Positions 30,948 through 41,500 of a stretch of 64,000 nucleotides of DNA are shown piece by piece; the first letter of the stretch is position 1; each line of letters starts with the position of its first letter. The DNA is from Setoptus koraiensis (taxonomy: Eukaryota; Animalia; Arthropoda), in contig CM106585.1 of NCBI GenBank assembly GCA_048013815.1, forward strand, positions 8,432,001-8,496,000. Direction: 5' to 3'. The position numbers and the translations under genes were made by a program. The notes beneath the pieces were generated by a model. The model had not been told where the DNA came from. It did no database searches and worked only from the letters and a program-made list of their open reading frames with translations.

Positions 30948-32841
30948 ATGTCGTCTAAAACAAGAAAATTCAATTGCCTCATCTGTGTACAAACTGTCCC
31001 CAGTGATGAAAGAGCCAAGATCTATGCATTAGGTAAATGCAATCATGTTGTTTGTTATGTTTGTTCAGCCAGACTACGTGTGATATGTGATCAACTAGAG
31101 TGCCCAACATGTAGAGAACGACTTAATACAGTAAGTATCATCATTGCACAGTTCTCGTCTACACATATTCTCCAACAATCACATTATATTGGGGTTATTC
31201 ATTTGATACATCCATTATCCAATCATCCAGGTCATTTTTACCTCTTTAAAAAAGCGCTCTTACGATGAATATGATATCAAGGATTATATATTCAATGAAA
31301 AATACGGTATTTATTTTGAAGACAAATCTATTGAGGAAACATTTCACAAGTTATTACGTTTCGACTGTCAGATTTGCACGAAGACAAAACCGGACGTTAC
31401 TGAAACTAATGATAACAATCCTGCTACCAATAAAAACCAAGCTAGCATCACTAATGGCATGAGAGATAGCGTGAAAGAAAATCTAGACACTCAAGGTTGC
31501 AAATCGCCCTCGCAATCCAGTAGCAAGTCGAAAAAGGACAATTCTCGAATTTCTACGCCAGATGGGCCTCGTCCAGAAACAAAGTCTGCGCAAGACAAAG
31601 AGAACCAAGACTATGATAGGAAAGACCATATGAGGGAGCTGGCAAAAATACCCAATGTAAAGAGTGCATCTTTTGATGACGTCTTTGGCCTCAAAACCCA
31701 TCTCGACTACGTTCATAGACTCAAACTGTGTGATCTTTGCCTGACCCACAACAAATTGTTCCCTTTCGAGTTTAGTTACTATGATACGAATAAGCTGCAC
31801 AAACATAAACTAGAGGGTGAGATAAATACTTCGCACCGTGGCCATCCAAACTGTAGATTGTGCGGAGATTCTTTCTTCAATCAAGATGATTTGATAATGC
31901 ACATGTCTAGGGAGCATTTTTATTGTCATCTTTGTAACCACGAAAACGAAAGAAGATACTTCAACGACTATGAAGGCTTACGTGTACATTTCAAAAAAGA
32001 ACATTATCTATGTGAGCGAGATAACTGTCGTGAAGAAAGATTCACCTCTGTGTTTGCAAATGAAATAGAATACACCATACACATGGTTCATGTTCACGGA
32101 CCCGCTGATGGTTCTCTCAGCCGAGCTGAGTCGAGGCAATTTCGAACTATTATGGTGCCAGGTCTTCCTCATACAAGACCAACATCAACTAGTTATCAAG
32201 GACGAACAACCCGCAGAGGTGATAGGCATGGTATGTCTGATGCAGACTCAAATAATCGCCAATCTCGAGATCCTAGAGTTACAATGGCGCCAGTCAATGT
32301 TTCAATCATACAGCAACGATTGCCAACATCGGCAGATTTTCCTACTCTCGACGGTGGTCCTAATACGGCTCAGCAAAACAACCCTACTTCGACGACCAAG
32401 AAAGAAAATCATCTATCTAACTCAGTGATAGGATCATCTAGTACAAATACCGACCAACGACCGTCCACTTCCTCTTGCTCCAGTACATTGAGTCAACGGA
32501 TTGCATCAGGTTCATCTAGAAACTCGTTCGTGAGAACAACTGCGGGCACTTATGGGCGAGCTCCAAGACTTGACGAACAAGACTTTCCCCCTTTACCGGA
32601 GGCGCCAAAGCCCACTAATGCGACCAAGAAAGGAGCTAAAGTAAAGAGCTCTAATGTCGGTGTTTCTGCGGACGATAATCGTAACGGATTTCCCACAATA
32701 GATCAGTTACTAACCGCAAGCTTAGCTCAAGCCGCCAGGCAACAACAAGTAGCAAATAAAGGTGGCAAAAACAATTCGAAACAGAGGAATGGAAATAGTA
32801 AGAATCATAAACAGAAACCAATCAAAATACAATTGAGTTAG
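30948..32841 (+). CDS. ZNF598: E3 ubiquitin ligase ZNF598/Hel2 (ribosome collision sensor), about 597 aa (exons 30948-31130 and 31231-32841)
   Basis: RING CLIC...C.H..C..C...CPTC; 100-nt intron ACA|GTAAGT...CATCCAG|GTC (phase 0); C2H2 array including TSHRGHPNCRLC...HFYCHLC...HFKKEHYLCE; DFP-type motifs (ADFPTL, QDFPPL). TTGTACAG just before the ATG suggests a 5' UTR intron. Confidence 0.93.
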
Positions 32842-33010
32842 GTACCCCCGATTGTTCAAATACCGGAAACCCATCAGAAACATTTGTAGGAAAATCCTAC
32901 TTTTGCTTGATTTACTAATGATATATGCGAATATAGATAATTAATGTGTGTTTCCTTAGCTTTCAGAATTTTACACAAGACTTCCTATGATGTCGATGTA
33001 GATATTGAAT

Positions 33011-33360
33011 TATAGCTCAACTTTATTCATCGTGAGTGATGTCATAAGATGCACACACTGTGTATCTAGTGTGGATTTATTCCTGTTCGTAAAATAAAAG
33101 ACTTCTCTTAAAGCACAATAATATCCCTGTCAGCTTTTAATCGAACCCAGATAGTCTCAATTCACAATGTCTCAAAAGAAGACTAAGCTTGTTTGTAAGT
33201 CGAGCACGCTTCTCTCTTTACAAGATATCAATTGATTACAGTAATTTGTAACTACTATAGTGGTGGACGCAAATTAGTTGTAGTTCAACTTTATTCATCA
33301 TGATACATGACAACGCTAGGCTTGCAAATATGTCTACTATTTCTGTACACAAAATAAAAA
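33011..33360. terminator. Two degenerate direct-repeat units, each carrying poly(A) signals on both strands, between convergent ZNF598 and BAG
   Basis: Identical TCAACTTTATTCATC at 33017-33031 and 33285-33299 (minus-strand AATAAA inside); plus-strand AATAAA at 33093 and 33353. Confidence 0.55.
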
Positions 33361-33431
33361 TACTTTATATGAAGCAGATCAAACTTTTAAATTAGCCCAC
33401 GAGAAGTCTTCGTATTCACTGTTCTTGGTTG

Positions 33432-34280
33432 CTAATCAGAATGTTTTCGAAAAGGATTGAATCTGTTCATAAAGCGAGAAAGGCGAAATGTTTTACGTTT
33501 TTCCGTGTATTCTTGAGACTGACCACCAGCTAAGTTTGTGATGTTGCACTCAAGCTTGGCCTCTAATGACACTATCGCTTGATTGATGGTTTTGATTACA
33601 GATTTCCGATCTTGCCTAATAAGATGATTCTCGCCACAATCGATATTGTCCAGATCAATCATGCAACGCGTCAGCATCTCATCTAAATAACAATACTGCT
33701 TATCCGCTGACGATTTGCCTTTGAAATCATCTATTTCTCCTATCAACACGTCAACTTGAGATTTTATTATATCGATTGCCATAGAAATGTTGGCATTTGT
33801 GTCGTTATGGACCTGGTGTTGAGTTTCATTATCAGTTTTTGTCTCATGAGATGAATTGTTAGACAGCTGCTGAGATTTATCATAGCTGCTTTCTTGCATC
33901 TGACCCGACGAATCCACTACTGGTTGCTTGCCGGACCAGTTAGTCGGTGGTAATGGTATTGGATCCGAGGAATAAGTTGCATGTGATTCTAAAGATTTGA
34001 GTGACGACGAAGGAATGAGATCAGAGGTAAATTCATCCTTTCTTAGATCTTGAACCATTTTTTCCTTTGTATTATTGCTGTTAGAGCCACTTGCTTGTTT
34101 GGTATACGACTTGTTACTTTGCCTGTGCTTGGTACCATTGGTATCCGGCATATTTTTACATCCTGGCTCTCCATTATCTATCAGGCCATCGCGAGATTCA
34201 ACATATATAGGTATAGAGTGAACTTTCGCTTGGATGGTGTTATCACATGTATTATCTTGTGTGTGTTCCTTTGATTGCAT
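33432..34280 (-). CDS. BAG-domain Hsp70 co-chaperone (starvin/BAG3-like), 282 aa
   Basis: C-terminal BAG domain (IDIIKSQVDVL...KQYCYLDEMLTRCMIDLDNID...IRQDRKSVIKTINQAIVSLE) and an IPV-like motif (HSIPIYVE). An in-frame stop lies just upstream of the ATG. Confidence 0.85.
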   Translation of the reverse strand: MQSKEHTQDNTCDNTIQAKVHSIPIYVESRDGLIDNGEPGCKNMPDTNGTKHRQSNKSYTKQASGSNSNNTKEKMVQDLRKDEFTSDLIPSSSLKSLESHATYSSDPIPLPPTNWSGKQPVVDSSGQMQESSYDKSQQLSNNSSHETKTDNETQHQVHNDTNANISMAIDIIKSQVDVLIGEIDDFKGKSSADKQYCYLDEMLTRCMIDLDNIDCGENHLIRQDRKSVIKTINQAIVSLEAKLECNITNLAGGQSQEYTEKRKTFRLSRFMNRFNPFRKHSD

Positions 34281-35816
34281 TCTTGATGTGATTTTACACG
34301 TTTAGATCAGTAATTCAATGTTGCGAATAGTTGGAATATATATAACGTCGTTAGCCTCAATGTGGACAATACATGATAGTGTCTCTTCAAAGTAACAAAG
34401 GTCTTGATCCTGTTTGAAGACAGAGTGATTGTGTCTTTTGGTTATCTCTCACTTTCTTGACAGCAGCAGTGATTCAGTATCTGTACAATTTCATGGGGTT
34501 CAATGTTTGCTTGAAAGTTAATTCAGTAGATGCAAGTAAACATTAGAATTTAATTGTTCAAATGTTACCCTCTTCACGGTGTCGCCAGGGGGACGAAGGA
34601 TATTCTCAGGATATTACCGGGCTAACTTTTAACATTAACAACACTCCATTCTTTAGTTTATTGTGGCCTATCCGCAGGAGAACGCGCTGCGTGGATCCAT
34701 TGTTATTTTATTTTCTATGATTTATTCTGTCAATTTATTTTGTTGATGTTTTGTATTTTTGTTAAATGTTTGCTGTAAATAATGATATAACAAGGCGATC
34801 AGATGTAGACATTCTGGCTCAAATAATGAGATCAGTATGGTTATTAGATACAAATATATATGATAAGGCTAGTGCTATATCTATGAAACGGATAAGAGGT
34901 CAACATGTTTCTATTTTCTGTCTAGTTTTGACAAGACGAATCATGGCTTTGATCGAGTGTACCAAGTGTCTCATAACTTTGTCACGATATCCACCGATGT
35001 TTGCTATGGTTAGTCATGACAAAATTTATTTTACTCTATACATTTTTCAGCCATCATTCTTCGTGAGCATCACAGGTCGGGGCGCTTATACTTACGCTAC
35101 CCGAAAGCGATAGTTTGGGGGCGTGGCCTACACATGATAAGAAATCTTCGTGATACAGCCTGAAAGAACTCGACGATCGTGCTCTTCCGGTTGTTGTCTT
35201 CGGTAAATTGCATCAACCAACGAGCCTAGCATATTCAGCAGCATGGGACACTAATCCAGTTTTTACTACTTCAACCCATATGGCAGCGTTACTTTGAAAT
35301 ATAATATCCCTCAGGAGTGACAATCTCCTGTTTACAGAAAAAACTTTTTTACATACAACATTACAAACTTTTGAATGAAAAGATACATCTGCAGATAGAC
35401 TGACCTTTCAGATGTTGTCAAGGCACATGTTAGAAAAGTCATGATTTGACAATGTATATTTTATTAGTTATTTGTCAAACAATGACTTTGTGACATTCCT
35501 TGCCACTTTACCTAACACAAAACACACAGACACATTTACATAAATAGGCACCCCTCTTAGCGGTGCATGATATAAGTATTGATTTGAAAACCTACCCAAT
35601 CTTCGACTTTCATACATAGTTCACTCCTTTATGGCATTCTCCAAATAGACTAACTCCGAAAGTTAAGCAATCTTTCAAGATCCATTGTTCACGGACATTG
35701 ATAGAGGTCGAATTAGTATCTGACTGATGCAAGTTCTAATTTCGGACGATTCGCGCCAAAGGCTCTCAGCTTTCAGTAAAGCTTCTGAATTTGATGGGGA
35801 AAACGACTTGATAATC

Positions 35817-37383
35817 TCACAAGTTTTGTATTAATGATTTGATTTCTGTCGAAGATTGCCTCGCATGTCGTTTCGTTGTGAGCTGTTGAGATATTTGGAG
35901 CTTCACACTTTCATAACGCATAGTGGGGGCGATTGGTGGTAAGATTCTCAATACAACAAATACTGAGAAGATGAAATTAAAAATAGGTGACAACAAAGGT
36001 TGAATGAATGTTGGGAAGAATGTAACAAATGCCATGCTATCTGAATAGTCACCTCGAGAAGAGGGGTGCTTCTGGCAAAATCTGAGATAGAACCAGCTCA
36101 CTATTACGCCATATAGAAACATTAATAAATAAACGCCATATATCAAATCCAATGCCCAAGCGATTGTTCCAAATAAAAGCGTTGTGATAGCAATATGATC
36201 GTTTTTGAATCTACCATATCTTGTATTCAAACGAGTTGATCCAGGTAGTAATTGTTTGCTAGTGACGCAGACGGCTCCACAAAACGATGATAATCCATGA
36301 ACATATACATCCTGTAGTATACTCCAGTGATCAGTTATAGAGGCATATATAGTATAATGAAGTTGAGATAATACACATACGCTAATGTTTATAATAACAA
36401 AGAACCTGATAACTTCAAGCTGAAAAGAATATGTGTGACAAGAAAGAAAAAATCATATTAAGAGCGACGTTATAAATATTATCTAAGCCTTGAAGAAGAG
36501 TGAATAAGATATTAATAAGATCAAGAGTAATTACCTGTCCCCACAATGGTTTGACTAAGTTGTCAATCAAATAGATCGATATGACATCCAGTGCGACCTG
36601 CCATAGGTGAAATTCCACGAAGGGGCAGGTAAGAAAAGTTATAGCTGACCATAGGAAGGTATCGGAAGAGTATAGGCGGCCAGGAATCAATGTTAAACTA
36701 TAAGCTATCTGCTCATCGCCCACGATGATCATAAATAGATACATAAGAATCACAGATGTGCTAATCAATTTTATAAGCAATGTGCCCCGTGAGAAGAATG
36801 ACTTGATTTCTTCGCTAACATAAATGAGATTCTTCTCAATTATATTTTTAGGTGTTGGTCTAAAATTTTGGTTACTAGAAGTGTCCTGTTGGATCGAATG
36901 CTGTTGTTGTTGTACAGGTACCTCTGGTTGTAGCAGAGGCTGGTGTAGATGATTTTGATGAGATTTAGTTTGGACGTCTGTATCTAGACTCAAATTATTA
37001 AAACTCGCTTGAATGGTGTCCAAAGTTTCTTTTTGAATGGCATCCAAAGTTTCCGCTTGCACAGACGGTCCGTAATCTAAATGTTGAGAGGGATGAGCTT
37101 GATGAGTGATGGTGCTATGTTGTGGTTGAGATGGATAAAGACTTCGTTCTTCTGTCATTATCATAGAATGCGGTGGTAATGATGATGATGGTGGTGCTTG
37201 TGATTGTGATAATAGTTGTAGCGGCGGTATATTAGTATGTTGTTGCATCGATGGAGGAGATGCCATCGTTGTAGTCGCTATAGCTGCGGATCTCCACATC
37301 ATTGGCGACGTGCTGCTAGCGGGAGAATCTATCTGATGATGTTTAGTATTGTTTATAATCTTGGACAATATAAGATCATCCAT
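35817..37383 (-). CDS. TMEM115: Transmembrane protein 115 (Golgi rhomboid-like), about 483 aa (exons 37383-36535 and 36419-35817)
   Basis: 115-nt intron CAG|GTAATT...TTTTCAG|CTT joins LVKPLWGQ to LEVIRFFVIINISV...VHGLSSFCGAVCVTSKQ...SWFYLRFCQKH...RGDYSDSMAFVTFFP. This matches the TMEM115 pattern LEPLWG / SWVYLRFYQRH / GDMADHFAFATFFP. Confidence 0.9.
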
Positions 37384-38546
37384 TTTGCGTTATTTTTTTT
37401 ACGTTGTACAAGAGAGTCTCGATTGTTTTCCTTGGACTGGCTGATTAGCTGACGATAATTTGCTTATGGGATCGCCCTTCATCAATATTAATCGAGCAAT
37501 ACTGTGTTATAGTTTTATTTGTAATAATTTATCTGTAATGTTCAATTCGAAGAAGAATGTTCATAAAACGATACGTGTCGTCATATTTTTGTCGTTGCTG
37601 TATGGTTATCATAGGTAATAGTCGATGGTGAATGAAAACACGCAAGAAAATGTATTAGTGCAGTGTCAGCTGCACGGGCGTGGTTGTACGTTCCGATATT
37701 GCAAGGTTGATTATTGTTATTATTGAATAACGTTCAACTCTCAATTATTTCCTATATTGTTTCTGTTGTAACAGTAAATATGAGATATTGAGATAGCTCG
37801 ACGAATGTGGGCGAATAATAGTAATGTTATGCAACGTTCTTGGATGTCATCGAAACAGATTAAGTTTCTAAGGTTTTAAAAAACAAACCTGATTAGATTG
37901 TCGTTCCTCCACAGCTGATTTGATTTTCAAGTTGGTTATCGGTCCCCAAGTTGTTATGCCACGTTCTCTGCAGTAGCCCATATACCTGACCTGTTACGCC
38001 CCCTCGTGGGTGAGGTATACCGTAGAGGTGGGCGTACGCCCGGGTAAGCAAGTTTACATTCGATATTCGATGTTGTTACCTAGACACAATCGAATCCCGA
38101 CTCACCTTTTAAAATGCCTTTTTGAGGCCTTATTTTTGAATTAGTTATTTTAGCAATCATTTGTGAGCCTAGGTAAGCTGTTCATGTATTTCGAGTTATG
38201 ACAAATTCAATATTTTAATTAAAATAACTCTTGAATGAACTGACTCAATTAACCGCTGAAACCTGTCAAATAATCTGTCAGGATATCAGCAATGTCGGAA
38301 GCCAAGTCAAAAATTCAGACATTATGTTGACCACCAGCGACCACTCAGATTATTTCGCTGAGGTTTTCACTACTGTCTTTGCTCGAAACAGATTGCGTCA
38401 TCAGAGTTATTTGACTTGTTGTTCTAAGGCACTAATTATATTTGGGTGGTTTGATTTTAATTTGAGCTTCAGTTTGGTTTATTCAACTAGATAGTGCACA
38501 TCACAATACAAGCAAATACGACAAGTTGCTTAAATCACACACAATC

Positions 38547-41500
38547 TTATATTAGAATTGTTTGGTGGTTGAATAGAGGTTTTTTCGTTCCATTTTTTAG
38601 AGTTATTAGAACAGTTTCTTCGTTAACAACAAACAAGTATTGATTATCTTTAGAGTATAGGATGCTTGTTATTGGCAGTGTGTAACCGGATATGCGTATA
38701 TCTTTCACTTTAGTCAAATCCCAACTACTGTACAAGCGAATAGTGCCATCTTGGAAGCCAACTGCAATCACGTTGACAGAGATACCTTCTGGTGCTGAAG
38801 AGCAACAAACTGCGGTTGCTCTGTCGTCACATCTAAGTGAGTTCACAGACACCCCATTTATGGTGTGAGCGTATAATATGCTGGCTGGACCAAGATTGTC
38901 GTTCAAGCCACTCTGATTGCCACTGATAGATATTATGTCACCAAGCGTATCGCTCACTGTCAGTAATTCGATGGTTCTTTTATCATGTCTTTTATCCTTG
39001 TTATGATCGATTGTTCTGATATAGGTCAAATTGTTAAGATCCCATATGACGCAGGTGCCATCTTGACTGGCCGTAACTATAACACCAAAGCTCTTATTGA
39101 TGGCTATGCTTGTGATTGGGCCAGTATGACAATGGAGCCATCGCGACACTACGTCGGCGTTGATTGCCGGATTGAGATTTGGTTGTATGATGGCACCATC
39201 TGAGCTGGTTACAAGATGTACACAAAGTGCGCCCGATTTGTAGCCAACTATAAGCAGATTTAATTCAACTGATGATTGGCATGTCGTTATTGAATCAATT
39301 ATAGAATCGGCCCAAAGAAGTGGATCACTTGGTTTGTCGCCAATAGCCGGACGTTTGATTCGTATGATACCATCTAAAAATGACCAGGTGATAAGTGACA
39401 TGTTATTGTACGAAAACTTTTGATGAGAATCTTTATAATAATGTTGTTGTCTTGTGATTAATGGAAAAGAAGAAACGCCTTTAGTAGCGAATGTTGTGGC
39501 CTTGGCACCTCTCCATGAGTGTTTGATTGTTTGATTCAATATAAGACTAGAATTTTGTTTCAATGCCGCCAAGTCGCTCGATGGTAACAGAGTCAATTTC
39601 AGATTTATACCAATATCATTTGATAATCTGGCCTGTCCAATGGCTATTGGGTCATCCTCACTTGGCGAGCCAACATAACTTCCCCAACGAATACCTATGA
39701 CTTCTCCAAGTACCTGTTTAGGTGTGCGAACGTTGCTGAATCCGACGTTACTACTACTCAACACACTAGTTGACCGCGATGGTCTGGATTGTATGAAGCC
39801 GCCTAGTTGCTCATTGTAACTAGCAACTTCCGGATTAGAACCAGATGAACGTTTCTTATGAGCAGTCACAAACAATTGCTTGGGCATCTGACCAAAAGTC
39901 CGTATCATTGTTCGTAGAGCAACTTTGTTCAATTCTACACTGTCACAGACAGCACCCTTGGTGCTTCTACCTGCTTGATCTTCTATTGTAGAGTTGTGAG
40001 ATTGAGTTGGTGTGTTAGACTTTTGACTGATATTAATCATACCATAATAGGTGGCCGGATGGAATACATTCAAGGCATCCACTGCTGCTTGGCCCGTTTG
40101 TTTATAACCAAATATTAGATCAATCCATTCATGCAGATGGTCGGACACATAATTTGATTCCAGTGCCTGTCGATGAATCAGGGTAAATAATCTTGGGTCT
40201 TTTTTTCTAGACCATGGTGGTAAAATAACGTCATCCACGATTTCCTTATTTTGTCGTTGACCTAAATCAAACTGTTCAATATTACAAAACATTTCAGGTA
40301 GGAAAAAGAATTCAGGTAGCAATTCTTTGAAGTCCGATGTTGAGTCCCTACTGGACAATTGCCAGGTGGTTGCCATGGAGTGAAACGTTCTATCAGGTAA
40401 ATCAAAATTTCCATCTTGATACTGAATGAGCATCTGGGTATAGGGTGGCAATCTAACAAGAAAATGTAACACTGTAGCACTGTTGCTATAATGGCTACTA
40501 TAGTGATAAGGTTTCAGAGCTTTGACTAGACAATTGGTGTCTGCTGGACTAGTATATTGAGACATTGTGCTGTCATATTCACTTTTGAGATATTCATAAT
40601 GATCTCTAAAATAACGCTCCCTATCTTTAGTTTGCACTGCTATTGGTGCGGCAAGCTTTCTGAACGTGTCCGGTTGTAGCAAGTTCAACACTTCTTCCTT
40701 GTATTCGGCCAATATAAACGGAAATACTGGATATTGCATTAAATCGTTGAAAGATCTGCCTGAAAGCTTATTGAGATATGTCAGGTACTGGAAGTTTGTT
40801 ATTTTTCTCTCGCGCCACAGTGTATCCAAATCAAGCAATTGATCATAGTGGGTCAAGCTGGGCATCTGTCGTTGTTTCAATTGTTGGTAAAAGTCCTCTC
40901 TATCTTTCTGATTGTCGAATGCTAGCAAATAAGTTAAATTGTTCGTTAAGAACAATTCAAGGCCAACATCTTGCAACTGGTAACGACGAGAACAAAGTTC
41001 ACGTATTTCATCGAACCAAAAATCTTTCGTCACCACAACAGGTGATTCATCCTCTTGACCAATGAAATATATACATGATGAACCAACAAGTATTTCGCCA
41101 TCATAAACATTAGATCTCGTGACTATTTTACATTCGCAATTGAAAGTGATTCTTTCGTCTGTGTACAAGCGTGATTTGAGAGCATTCGAGTCCATCAATC
41201 GTCCTTGGCCTTCAAACATCGAGCAAAGTGGATGTGGACCATGACACTGTTGCTGTGATATGTTCGACCTATCTCGTCTAAAGTATCGTTGTTGCAGCTT
41301 CAAATGACATGGCCTCAGTCGACGTCTTATACGATCTGGACCCTCGGTGGGGTCTAGTTCCCACGATTGAAAATAATGAGCTGGCGAATACCAGAGGGCT
41401 CTCTCGTGAGTTTGGGCCACAATTAGTGATTGCCACTGTTGCATGATGAAATAGTTGAAAGCCTTGTTCTGTTTCAATTCGTGCATATACTGTTTGCGCT

